From contig CAWGZR010000005.1 in assembly GCA_963827165.1 (NCBI GenBank), forward strand, positions 576,001 to 640,000: 64,000 nucleotides of DNA, given 5' to 3'. Made by a program: the position numbers and the translations under genes. Below the pieces are notes generated by a model. It was not told the DNA's origin. It did not search any database and worked only from the letters and a program-made list of their open reading frames with translations. Below are positions 21,221 through 30,554 of the stretch, piece by piece. How positions within the stretch are numbered: position 1 is the first letter of the stretch; every line of letters begins with the position of its first letter. This DNA is from Candidatus Bathyarchaeota archaeon (GTDB taxonomy: Archaea > Thermoproteota > Bathyarchaeia > Bathyarchaeales > Bathycorpusculaceae).

Positions 21221-22708
21221 ATAGGCTGCGGTATCTTTGGAGCAAAAAACTTTGAAAATCAAACGGTCTTTCCATATGTTTATTGGGGCCTCCGCGCCCA
21301 GAACCATCGGGGTCATCAATCTCACGGTTTCCTAACTTATGACGGTAAGTTTCATGTTTACAAAAGCTTAGATTTGGTTCCAAGGCTTAAAAACGAGGCT
21401 ATACATGAATGGTTCGACCGTTTGCCCGGCTCAGTAGGCATCGGCAACGTACGTTACACGACCTCGGGCAAATGTGACGATGCATCAATCATCGAAGGAA
21501 CCCAGCCTGTTGCTGCAAGTGCAGGCGGAATAAAACTTGCACTCTCATTTAACGGCAACATCGTAAACACTTTACCGCTTAAGAAGGAAATGAGCGACAA
21601 CTTTTCCGACTTCCACTTTAACTGCGACTCAGACGTCGTCTGCCACAAACTGCTCCTTGGACTCAAAGAAGGCAAAGACCTGCCGAGTGCGGTTCGATCA
21701 GTGATGGAAAGCCTTGACGGCGCATTCTCCGTAACTGGGCTCACGGGCGATGGCGACTTTTTCGCTTTTAAAGATCCGCATGGAATAAAACCCCTCTGCG
21801 CAGGGCACGACCCCGCGGGCGCAACCCTCGCTTTCTGCTCGGAAACAGTGGGGTTAGATATGAACAGCTTCGTGAGGGACTTTGAGCTAAACCCAGGAGA
21901 ACTCGTTACCGCTTCAAAAGACGGGTTCAAACGAATACAAATTATCGAAAAACCCCGCCAAGCTTTCTGCTCTTTCGAATACGCATATTTTGCTAGGCCA
22001 GATTCAAGGTTTGACGGCAAATACGTTTATGAAATCCGCGAGGACTTCGGAAGAAACATTGTTCACGAGTTTCCAGAGATAGTTCGAGACGGCGACATAA
22101 TCATGTCAGTTCCTGAAACAGGAGACGATCCTGCCATGGGAGTCCACGAAGCTTCAGGTTTAAGATGGGAACGTGCATCTAGGCGGCACCGCTACGTCAC
22201 CGAACGAGCCTTCATTCTTCTAAACACGGAAAGATTCTCAACTATCGATAAGAAAATCAACATTTTAGGCTCCAAAGTAGACGGCAAACGTGTTATAATA
22301 ACAGAAGACAGCATAGTCCGCGGAGACACGACAAAAATCATCATAGATAAACTTCGAAAGGCAGGAGCCACAAAAGTCTACGTCTTCGTCACGTTCCCAA
22401 GAATCATCGGTCCATGCTTCTATGGCATCGACATGTCAACATACGGGCAACTCATCGGCTCCAAACACAGCACAGAGGAAATCGCCAAAATCATCGGCGC
22501 AGACGCGGTATGCTACCAATCAATTGAAGCATTAATCAAAGCTACAGGTCAAACAGAAAATGAACTTTGCATGGCCTGTATCACAGGCAAATACCCGACG
22601 CCCTGCGCTCAAAAAATGGCTGATGCAATGAAAAAGAAGTTCCTTGAAGGTTACGAGGAAAAATCAAGAATCTACGAAACCGAAGACTCCCAGCCAAAAA
22701 AGCAGTAA
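21221..22708 (+). CDS. purF: Amidophosphoribosyltransferase; apparent ATA start
   Basis: Frame open upstream of the called TTG: (I/M)GCGIFG...QNHRG...VRYTTSG...NGNI...EDSIVRGDT...PCFYGIDM...LCMACITGKYP. Confidence 0.93.
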   Translation: MGCGIFGAKNFENQTVFPYVYWGLRAQNHRGHQSHGFLTYDGKFHVYKSLDLVPRLKNEAIHEWFDRLPGSVGIGNVRYTTSGKCDDASIIEGTQPVAASAGGIKLALSFNGNIVNTLPLKKEMSDNFSDFHFNCDSDVVCHKLLLGLKEGKDLPSAVRSVMESLDGAFSVTGLTGDGDFFAFKDPHGIKPLCAGHDPAGATLAFCSETVGLDMNSFVRDFELNPGELVTASKDGFKRIQIIEKPRQAFCSFEYAYFARPDSRFDGKYVYEIREDFGRNIVHEFPEIVRDGDIIMSVPETGDDPAMGVHEASGLRWERASRRHRYVTERAFILLNTERFSTIDKKINILGSKVDGKRVIITEDSIVRGDTTKIIIDKLRKAGATKVYVFVTFPRIIGPCFYGIDMSTYGQLIGSKHSTEEIAKIIGADAVCYQSIEALIKATGQTENELCMACITGKYPTPCAQKMADAMKKKFLEGYEEKSRIYETEDSQPKKQ

Positions 22709-22748
22709 ACATCAAGCGTACCGTCTTGAATTAACACGGTGTAATCTT

Positions 22749-24164
22749 ATGGAGAAAATAGGTGTACTAGTAGTTTCGTACGGCGCAAGAGAAGTTGCAA
22801 TGGTTGATGCGCTACTGCAAAGCACACGCTACCAAGTGGAACTCTTCGTTGCTGATAAGCAACGTAATCCGTACAATATTGAAAAAGCCGTCAAACACGA
22901 GGTTATCCCAAACCTCGATGTTGCGGAGATATGCAAGTTCGCCCAAGCAAACAAAGACAAAATCGACTTCGCCCTGGTTGGGTCAGAAAAACCCATAATT
23001 GACGGCGTCCGCGACCAAATCGAAAAATCTACAGGAATACCAGTCATCTGCCCAAAGCAGCAATACGCCATAGAAGTCAGCAAAGTAGAGCAGCGCCAAC
23101 TTTTCGATGAGATAGCGCCAGAAGCTAACCCGAGGTTCAAAGTCTTTAGCCCGGCTGACTACAAAGGAGGGGCAGACGTCAAAAGCGCAGTTTACCGTTG
23201 GCTAGACGAACTCGACAACCAGGCAGTTGTTAAGCCTGACAAACCTGCTCTGGGGAAAGGTGTCGGAGTCTGGGGTGACCACTTCGCTAACCGCGAAGAG
23301 CTTTTTGAGCACTTCATGTCTAACTTCAAGTACGGCAACGTCATAATCGAGGAGAAAATCGACGGGGAAGAATCAAGTTTCATGGCTTTCTGCGACGGCA
23401 AACACTTCATTGCGCTTCCAGACACAAGGGACTACAAACGTGCCTTCGACGGCGATCGAGGTCCAAACACGGGCGGGATGGGCTCATACAAAGACTCAGA
23501 CGGCAGATTGCCTTTCTTGACCGCCGTGGAACGGGACGATGAGTTGGCGTTAGCGAACAAGATTTTCAAAGGGTGGAAAGCCAAAATCAAAGATGATTCC
23601 GCGCTGAGAGGTGTGCCTTTATACCTTGCTTTTATGCACACAGGGAAGGGGATCAAGGTTCTTGAGAACAACAGTCGCCCTGGCGACCCCGAAATAATTA
23701 ATTTGCTTGCTCTAATCAAGGATGATTTCATCGACGTCTGCTTCAGGATTATTGAGGGAAACTTGACAGGCGTCAAAATGGATAATGCAGCGTCCGTTTT
23801 AACCTACAAGGTTCCACTTGATTACGGCGGCTACGCAGAAGTCTTCCCCGCCCAAGCTCGCCTCGCGGAGGCTAACACTCCGGTTGACTTATCAAAAGCC
23901 CTTTCGCTAACCAAGAAATACGGTAACCGCATCCGCGTTTACCCAGGCTCAATGGAAATCAGAAACGGCAAAAACTACGCATTAAAATCTCGTGCCGTCG
24001 GCGTCTTAGGCATTGCGGATAGCATTGAGGAGGCGCGCAGCATAAGTCTTGAAGGAACCGAAGCAATTTCTGGCGGGGGATTGTGGAGCAGAACCGATGT
24101 CGCCTCAAAGAAAAACATCGCAAAAGCCGTTCAGCACATGGAGAGTTTGAGGCGCAAGGCGTGA
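22749..24164 (+). CDS. purD: Phosphoribosylamine-glycine ligase (GAR synthetase)
   Basis: GARE, VVKPD..ALGKGV, GEESS, DYKRAFDGDRGPNTGGMGSY, NSRPGDPE. Confidence 0.95.
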   Translation: MEKIGVLVVSYGAREVAMVDALLQSTRYQVELFVADKQRNPYNIEKAVKHEVIPNLDVAEICKFAQANKDKIDFALVGSEKPIIDGVRDQIEKSTGIPVICPKQQYAIEVSKVEQRQLFDEIAPEANPRFKVFSPADYKGGADVKSAVYRWLDELDNQAVVKPDKPALGKGVGVWGDHFANREELFEHFMSNFKYGNVIIEEKIDGEESSFMAFCDGKHFIALPDTRDYKRAFDGDRGPNTGGMGSYKDSDGRLPFLTAVERDDELALANKIFKGWKAKIKDDSALRGVPLYLAFMHTGKGIKVLENNSRPGDPEIINLLALIKDDFIDVCFRIIEGNLTGVKMDNAASVLTYKVPLDYGGYAEVFPAQARLAEANTPVDLSKALSLTKKYGNRIRVYPGSMEIRNGKNYALKSRAVGVLGIADSIEEARSISLEGTEAISGGGLWSRTDVASKKNIAKAVQHMESLRRKA

Positions 24165-25243
24165 AGCGCATCTTCATTTCCGACTGCGAAGGACCGATCA
24201 GCAAAAACGACAACGCCTTCGAATTATCGTCAAACTTTATTCCGAACGGCGACAAATTGTTCACTAACATAAGCAAGTATGATGACGTTCTAGCTGACAT
24301 TTTTCGCAAACCCGGCTATTCGGCTGGAAGCACGCTTAAGCTTATTTTGCCCTTTTTCAAAGCATACGGGCTAACTGATGCGCAGCTGGAAGACTACTCT
24401 GCTAAAAACATAATCTTGATCGCCAACAGTCAAACCACCCTTAGTCACGTACAAACTATCGCCGACGCTTTCATAGTAAGTACCAGCTACGAACACTATA
24501 TCAAAGCCCTATGCAAAGTCACAGATTTCCCATTCAGAAACACATACTGTACCCGTTTAAGTCTTGACAAATGCGGCATTACACCGCAGGAAAAAGAGCG
24601 GCTAAAAGAAGTAGCGCAAGAAATTGCCCAAATGAACACAATTGCCATTCCGCAAGCTTCGAAAGCCCTTGAAGATTTTTCGCAAGGTGACCAAGCAGTT
24701 ATTCGGCGTTTAGACCAGATCTTCTGGAGTGAAATTCCAAAGATGTTCGTCGGCAAATTCCTTGTGGACGTGGTTACTGTGGGCGGTGAACAAAAGGCTG
24801 AGGCAATCCGTAGCGCAGTGAAGCGTTTAGGACGGGAACTGGTCGATGTGATGTATGTAGGTGACAGCATCACTGACGTGGAAGCATTCAAGCTGGTGCG
24901 AGCAGGCGGCGGGTTAACAGTTTCCTTCAACGGCAACGACTACGCGGTTAAGAACGCTGAAGTCGCGGTTCTGTCGGAAAGCAGTCTTGTAACAGCCGTG
25001 ATTGCGGATTTGTTCTGCAGGTATGGGACGGAAAAAGCGCTTGAAGCCCTCCAAAGTTGGAGTAATGCTACGCTCAAAAACAGCGACGTTGACTCTTCTG
25101 TGCTTAAGCAACTTTCGCAGATGTATCCTGATGCCTTGCCTAAAGCTAAAATAATTACGGATCAAAACATGGAAATACTCATAAAAGAAAGCAGCGCGTT
25201 TAGAAAGAAAGTGCGAGGTGTAGCGGTTGGAAAGCTCGGGTAA
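24161..25243 (+). CDS. HAD-superfamily hydrolase, EhaR-like
   Basis: FISDCEGPISKNDNAFEL motif I variant, IVSTSY motif II, K motif III, YVGDSITD motif IV, SFNGN.YA; GTGA overlap with purD stop. Confidence 0.85.
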   Translation: MKRIFISDCEGPISKNDNAFELSSNFIPNGDKLFTNISKYDDVLADIFRKPGYSAGSTLKLILPFFKAYGLTDAQLEDYSAKNIILIANSQTTLSHVQTIADAFIVSTSYEHYIKALCKVTDFPFRNTYCTRLSLDKCGITPQEKERLKEVAQEIAQMNTIAIPQASKALEDFSQGDQAVIRRLDQIFWSEIPKMFVGKFLVDVVTVGGEQKAEAIRSAVKRLGRELVDVMYVGDSITDVEAFKLVRAGGGLTVSFNGNDYAVKNAEVAVLSESSLVTAVIADLFCRYGTEKALEALQSWSNATLKNSDVDSSVLKQLSQMYPDALPKAKIITDQNMEILIKESSAFRKKVRGVAVGKLG

Positions 25244-25244
25244 A

Positions 25245-26162
25245 ATGGCAGAAGCGGAAATAGAGGACACTTATGCTGAAGCTTTCACTGGGCTCTTTTG
25301 TCGCGTCATTGTCACGGCAGATGACAAAGAAACATTGCAAAAGGCTGCTGAAGATTCCACTGCAGCTCCTTCGGTTGTGATCGGAAGGACGGAAGGCGGA
25401 GTCGAAAGATATCTCACTCAAAAAGAAACCCCTGACCAGCGTTTAGGCGCTTTGTTGCAGATCTGGGGAGAAATTAACCCCAAAAAAACCTTCGAGGAAT
25501 CACTCAAAAAATTTGAAACTGAACTTTCCTACCGAATTCGCCAAGACATCTTGGTTAAGCCCTTCACAGCTGTTTTCGACGCCCTACTAAACGCCGAAGG
25601 AAAATTGGATATGATGGAGACTGTTGGGCATTGCGGCGACGGCTATGAATGGGTAGAAAAACGCTGCGGCCGAGAAGTCATAGTGGTTCCCCTAATGGTT
25701 CCCGACTTCGTGATTGAACGCTACTTAGGCTACAGTCGTGGGGTCATGGGAGGCAACTTTTGGGTAATGTGCAAAACCAAGCAAGCCCTAAAACTTTCAG
25801 GCGAAAAAGCCTTAGCTGCCATCCACAATGTGCCCGGCGTTGTCACACCCTTTGACGTATGCTCAGCAGGTTCTAAGCCCGAAACACATTTTCCCAAGAT
25901 TGGTCCCACAACGAACCACATATATTGCCCATCGCTTAAACAGAAGTTAGGAAAAGAATCCCGAGTACCCGACAATGCAGGCTACTTAGCTGAAGTGGTC
26001 TTTGACGGGGTTTCTTTGGAAGCCGTTAAACAGGCAACCAAAGTAGGCATCGAAGCAGTGCTGGGCGTTGAGGGCGTGGTGAAGATTTCTGCGGGCAACT
26101 ACGGGGGTAAACTGGGAGACCACAAAATAATGTTAAAGGAGTTATTTCATGACAAAATTTGA
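25245..26162 (+). CDS. Formylmethanofuran:H4MPT formyltransferase-like protein (divergent FtrII/EhaS type)
   Basis: EIEDTYAEAF, TPD.R.G, GDGYE, GVMGGNF, TN..YCP, ISAGNYGGKLG; deviates from canonical Ftr (RIRQDILVKPFT, VGHCGDG, CSAGSKPET). Confidence 0.88.
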   Translation: MAEAEIEDTYAEAFTGLFCRVIVTADDKETLQKAAEDSTAAPSVVIGRTEGGVERYLTQKETPDQRLGALLQIWGEINPKKTFEESLKKFETELSYRIRQDILVKPFTAVFDALLNAEGKLDMMETVGHCGDGYEWVEKRCGREVIVVPLMVPDFVIERYLGYSRGVMGGNFWVMCKTKQALKLSGEKALAAIHNVPGVVTPFDVCSAGSKPETHFPKIGPTTNHIYCPSLKQKLGKESRVPDNAGYLAEVVFDGVSLEAVKQATKVGIEAVLGVEGVVKISAGNYGGKLGDHKIMLKELFHDKI

Positions 26163-27066
26163 TGTTGTAGGTTTCGGAGCTCTTAATGTTGACATGCTCT
26201 TTAAAGTGGAGAGGCTAGCACGGGCTGAAGAGGAAAGCTTCGTTGAAGATTACACTGAGGCCTGCGGCGGCTCAGCGGCAAATACCACTGTTGGTTTGGC
26301 AAGGCTCGGCTGCAAAACTGGCTTCATCGGAAAAGTAGCTGATGATCGAGAAGGCAAATTACAAGTCGACTGTTTCAAAACTGAAGGTGTAGACACAGCA
26401 GGCATCGTTCAGGCGAAGAGGGGGAAAAGCGGGTCAGTTATGGGATTCGTGGACAAGAAAGGGGCAAGAGTCCTCTACATCAACCCAGGAGTCAACGATT
26501 TAATCGAGCCTCGAGAAATAAACTACAGCTACGCTTTCGGGACAGAATTTCTGCATTTCTCATCATTTGTTGGCGAAAAATCTTTTCGAGCCCAAAAAAA
26601 ACTCTTAGGCGCTTTGCCCAGCAATGTCAAAATCAGCTTTGACCCCGGGTCAGTATACGCACAGAAAGGTTTTGCAGCCATTGAACCGATAATTCGAAGC
26701 TCCTACGTTTTTATGCCTAACGAGGGCGAACTTGAACTCATAACTGGAGAAACTGACATCCGCAGAGCCGCCGACTCAATACTTGACGCAGGGGTCAAAA
26801 TCGTAGCAGTCAAGCTGGGCGATAAAGGCTGTTACGTTACTGATGGGCAGGAACGGCTGAGAATCGAGCCTTTCAAAGTTAAAGTGGTCGACACAACTGG
26901 GGCAGGTGACGCTTTCTGTGCTGGCTTCCTCTACGGCTTAATCAAGGAGAAGAGCCTCTTCGAATGCGGGCGCTTTGGTAATTTTGTCGCTTCAAGATGT
27001 GTCACAGCGATGGGAGCCCGCGGTGGATTGCCTTATGCCAAAGATTTACAGGCATTTTTTGGTTAG
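26149..27066 (+). CDS. PfkB/ribokinase family kinase (EhaT-like)
   Basis: GGSAANT, PNEGE, VKLGDKG, VDTTGAGDAF. Confidence 0.93.
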   Translation: MTKFDVVGFGALNVDMLFKVERLARAEEESFVEDYTEACGGSAANTTVGLARLGCKTGFIGKVADDREGKLQVDCFKTEGVDTAGIVQAKRGKSGSVMGFVDKKGARVLYINPGVNDLIEPREINYSYAFGTEFLHFSSFVGEKSFRAQKKLLGALPSNVKISFDPGSVYAQKGFAAIEPIIRSSYVFMPNEGELELITGETDIRRAADSILDAGVKIVAVKLGDKGCYVTDGQERLRIEPFKVKVVDTTGAGDAFCAGFLYGLIKEKSLFECGRFGNFVASRCVTAMGARGGLPYAKDLQAFFG

Positions 27067-27870
27067 GTTGCTGATCACGTTTTGGAAGATTAGTTTTCCG
27101 TCGCCATAATGTGGCATTTGATTTTGACTGGTCCAATCGGGTTGTTGCCACCAAAACATGGCTCTTTCCGGATGAGGCATAAGCCCGAAAACGTTTCCTT
27201 CCCTGTTGCATAACCCAGCAATATCATAGAAGGAGCCGTTGGGGTTAGCGGGGTACTTGCCGTCTGCAACCGTGCCGTCTTTGTCGCAGTACCGGAAAAC
27301 AACCATGTCGTCATCTATCAGTTTGGTAAGAAGCGCTTGCTCTTTTTCTTTCGGGAAAAGCAATCTTCCTTCCCCATGAGCGATAGGCATCCTCAACATT
27401 TGACCAGCTGCGATTTTGTTCGTGAAGAGGCATTTTCCGCGGTTTTCATGTTTTAGGTAGATCCACTGGCACTTGAAGCCTGCAGGTTCGTTGGTCGTCA
27501 AAGTAGCTTCGGGGTATGAACTTACGTCTTTGAATCCTGGGAGCAAACCGTACTCAACCATTATTTGGAATCCGTTGCATATTCCCAGGATTGGTCTGCC
27601 ATCGTCGATGAAAGTTTCCATTTCTTTGCCTAACTTGGCGCTAAGATGTCTTGCGAAAATTACGCCTGAACGTACATAATCGCCAAAGGAGAAGCCGCCT
27701 GGAAAAACCAGCACCTGATAATCGAGCAAGCTATGCAGTTTTGCTAGTTCGTTGACATGCAGGACGTCGGTTTGGACGCCTAACTCGTGGAAAGCCCGCT
27801 GAGTTTCCGAGTCACAATTTGTTCCGCCAACACGCATGACGCAGACTTTGATTTCTTCGAGCTTCATCAA
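27046..27870 (-). CDS. purQ: FGAM synthase glutaminase subunit
   Basis: GTNCD, PGGFSFGD, GICNGFQ, AHGEG, MPHPER. Confidence 0.96.
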   Translation of the reverse strand: MMKLEEIKVCVMRVGGTNCDSETQRAFHELGVQTDVLHVNELAKLHSLLDYQVLVFPGGFSFGDYVRSGVIFARHLSAKLGKEMETFIDDGRPILGICNGFQIMVEYGLLPGFKDVSSYPEATLTTNEPAGFKCQWIYLKHENRGKCLFTNKIAAGQMLRMPIAHGEGRLLFPKEKEQALLTKLIDDDMVVFRYCDKDGTVADGKYPANPNGSFYDIAGLCNREGNVFGLMPHPERAMFWWQQPDWTSQNQMPHYGDGKLIFQNVISNLTKKCL

Positions 27871-30248
27871 GTTTTACCGCCAAATGTTTTCTTCCAGCTC
27901 CGCCGCAAATCTGCAAGTGAAGCGTCGACGATGGTTTTCATGTTTAACCCGTTAACGACCAATCGCTCGTCTTTGGTTACTTTTCCGATCTGAGCGTAAG
28001 GTTTGTTTCTCATTACAGACTCAAAGTCTTCTTTATCTTGCTCTGACACTTCTAGCAGGAAACGGCTGTTCGACTCAGAAAACAACATAAAATCGTTCCG
28101 CTCAATGCCCGTCGCCGGCACTTTGCTTAAATCCAGTTGCAAGCCGTAGCCGCCAGCAAACGCCATCTCCGCCGCCGCTACCGCCAACCCGCCTTCCGAG
28201 AGGTCGTGGCATGACTTGATTAAGCCCGAATCTATTGCTTTGGTAACTGCCCTGAAAGTGCGTTTAGCTTTGGCACCTTTAACTTTTGGAACACTTGCGC
28301 CCAGATAGCCATTGAGTTTGTAGTATTCTGAGCCACCCAATTCGTGTAGTGTTTCTCCTGCGATGTAGAGCAGGTTGCCAGGTGCTTTTAGATCCATTGA
28401 AGTCACCAATTGAATGTTTGGCAGGATGCCTACTGCCGTAATCAACAGCGTTGGGGTAACGGGACCCATCGGGGACTCATTGTAGAGGCTATCTTTTCCA
28501 GAGATAAACGGAGTCTTGAACGCCACTGCAAAGTCATAGCATGCTTCGCAAGCCCGAACCAGTGAGCCTAAACGCTCCGGCTTTTCAGGGTTTCCCCAAG
28601 TGAAATTATCAAGCAACGCAATTCTTCTTCCCCCCACCGCAACGTTGTTTCTCACTGCCTCATCAATGGCAGAAGCCGCCATCCAGTAAGGGTCAATTTT
28701 GCCATAATTCGGCTTCATACCGCACGAAATCGCTAAACCCTTCCATGAATCATTAAGCGGTTTGAGAACGGCTGCATCGTTCGGTCCAGCGTAGACTCCC
28801 TGGAGGGGTTTAAGCGTCGTGTTGCCTTTGACCTCATGGTCATATGTTCGTATGACGCTTTCTTTGCTAGCTATGTTTGGGGCTGCAAGCAATTGAAGCA
28901 GGGTCTCAGTCAGGTTTTCAGGGGCGGAAAACTGCGGTTCCGCGAAGCTTGATTTTTCAATGGTCGCTATTTTCACGCTTTTGCAGGGGTTAAACAGGAA
29001 AGCCATTTCCATGTCCGCGACTTTTTCGCTGTTGAAATTGAGGAGTAGACGTCGTTCAGTTGTGAGTTTTCCGATTGCCGTTGCTTCGACATCTTCTCTC
29101 GCAAATATCGCCATGACTCGGTCTAAGTTTTCAGGCGGAACCGTTATGAGCATTCTTTCTTGTGATTCGGAAATGTAAATTTCCCAGGGCGCTAAACCGC
29201 GGTGCTTGAGGGGCACTTTGTCTAGGTCAATTGTTATTCCACAGTTGAACCTTTCAGCTGTTTCACCTATAGCTGACGATAATCCGCCTCCTCCAAGGTC
29301 GGTTGTCGCCGAAGCAAGTTGCAAATCACGGATATCTATTATCGCCCTTTTCACTTTCTCTTCTTCGATCGGATCAGCGATTTGCACCGCAGGTCGCGAA
29401 ATCTCCTCGGATTTCTCCGTTAATTCGGCTGAGGCGAAGGTTACGCCGTGGATGCCATCGCGTCCTGTTTTTCCACCAGCCAAAACCACGATATGCCCTG
29501 GTTTAGCGTTTTTTGTGAATTTAGCTAGCGGAAGGAGTCCTATGCATCCGCAATAGACAGTGACGTTGCCTGTGTAGCTTTCGTCAAAGTATATTGCTCC
29601 GTTGACCGTTGGGATTCCCATGTTGTTTCCATAGGCGCTGATGCCCGCTGTCACGCCCATGTAAACGTATTTTGGGTGTTTCACGCCTGCTGGAAGCTTT
29701 TTGTAGTCGTAATCGAGCGGTCCGAAGCCTAAAACGTCGGTGCATGCGATCGGGTCAGCCCAAACGCCAAGTATGTCCCTGATTACGCCTCCGACCCCTG
29801 TGGCCGCCCCGCCAAAGGGTTCTACTGCTGATGGGTGATTATGGGTTTCAACTTTTGCCGCTATACCGTATCCTTGGTCGAAGCGGACGATTCCCGCATT
29901 GTCTTCGAAAACGCTAAAGCACCATGGCGCCTTGATTTGTTTAGTTGCTTTTGCAATGTAGGTTTTGAAAAGGCTGTCGATTTCTTTGCCGTCAAGAAGG
30001 ATTTTTCCTTTGAAAGTTTTGTGGTAGCAGTGCTCTGACCATGTTTGACTGATGGTTTGCAGCTCAACGTCGGTTGGGTTTCTTCCTTCCGTTTTAAAGT
30101 AGGTTTGGATGCTCTTCATTTCTTCGACACTTAAGCCTAACGCTAATTCACTACTGGCTTCAGCGAGTTGCTTATCGTTGGCTTCAGCTAAAGCTGCTTC
30201 GTAGAGGGCGTAATCTGTCTTGCGGGCACGGTAAAGTGAAGAGCTCAT
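27867..30248 (-). CDS. purL: FGAM synthase large subunit
   Basis: WSEHCYHKTF, KVETHNHPSA, TGRDGIHG, SESQERM, HDLSEGG. Confidence 0.97.
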   Translation of the reverse strand: MSSSLYRARKTDYALYEAALAEANDKQLAEASSELALGLSVEEMKSIQTYFKTEGRNPTDVELQTISQTWSEHCYHKTFKGKILLDGKEIDSLFKTYIAKATKQIKAPWCFSVFEDNAGIVRFDQGYGIAAKVETHNHPSAVEPFGGAATGVGGVIRDILGVWADPIACTDVLGFGPLDYDYKKLPAGVKHPKYVYMGVTAGISAYGNNMGIPTVNGAIYFDESYTGNVTVYCGCIGLLPLAKFTKNAKPGHIVVLAGGKTGRDGIHGVTFASAELTEKSEEISRPAVQIADPIEEEKVKRAIIDIRDLQLASATTDLGGGGLSSAIGETAERFNCGITIDLDKVPLKHRGLAPWEIYISESQERMLITVPPENLDRVMAIFAREDVEATAIGKLTTERRLLLNFNSEKVADMEMAFLFNPCKSVKIATIEKSSFAEPQFSAPENLTETLLQLLAAPNIASKESVIRTYDHEVKGNTTLKPLQGVYAGPNDAAVLKPLNDSWKGLAISCGMKPNYGKIDPYWMAASAIDEAVRNNVAVGGRRIALLDNFTWGNPEKPERLGSLVRACEACYDFAVAFKTPFISGKDSLYNESPMGPVTPTLLITAVGILPNIQLVTSMDLKAPGNLLYIAGETLHELGGSEYYKLNGYLGASVPKVKGAKAKRTFRAVTKAIDSGLIKSCHDLSEGGLAVAAAEMAFAGGYGLQLDLSKVPATGIERNDFMLFSESNSRFLLEVSEQDKEDFESVMRNKPYAQIGKVTKDERLVVNGLNMKTIVDASLADLRRSWKKTFGGKT

Positions 30249-30496
30249 TGCTGATCCTCAAAAGTTACGGTATAGTTGTCTTTGGTTGGGTTCGCAAGGA
30301 GGCGTTTGCTCATCTCTTCCGCTTTTACCTTTGCCTCATTAATTGTCTTCGCCTCAAGCGAGACCGTGTAGACTTTGCTTACGTCCACCGCTTGCACTTT
30401 ATATCCGAGTTCCGTTAGCAAACGGGCTGTTGTTTCCCCTTCAGGGTTGCTGTGACCTGGTTTCAGGATGACTTCTATCTTCGCTCGGTATATCAT
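30245..30496 (-). CDS. purS: FGAM synthase PurS subunit
   Basis: LKPG..NPEG, RLLANP; synteny with purL. Confidence 0.93.
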   Translation of the reverse strand: MIYRAKIEVILKPGHSNPEGETTARLLTELGYKVQAVDVSKVYTVSLEAKTINEAKVKAEEMSKRLLANPTKDNYTVTFEDQQ

Positions 30497-30554
30497 AAAT
30501 CCTTTAAATTAAGCCTAAAGATTTAAACGCTTTCAACAGAAAAAAAGCAAAATT

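Noticed and set aside
25245-26162. Canonical methanogenic/Wood-Ljungdahl ftr
   Set aside because: Motifs diverge from canonical Ftr and neighbours are pur genes, not fwd/mch/mtd; left without a gene symbol
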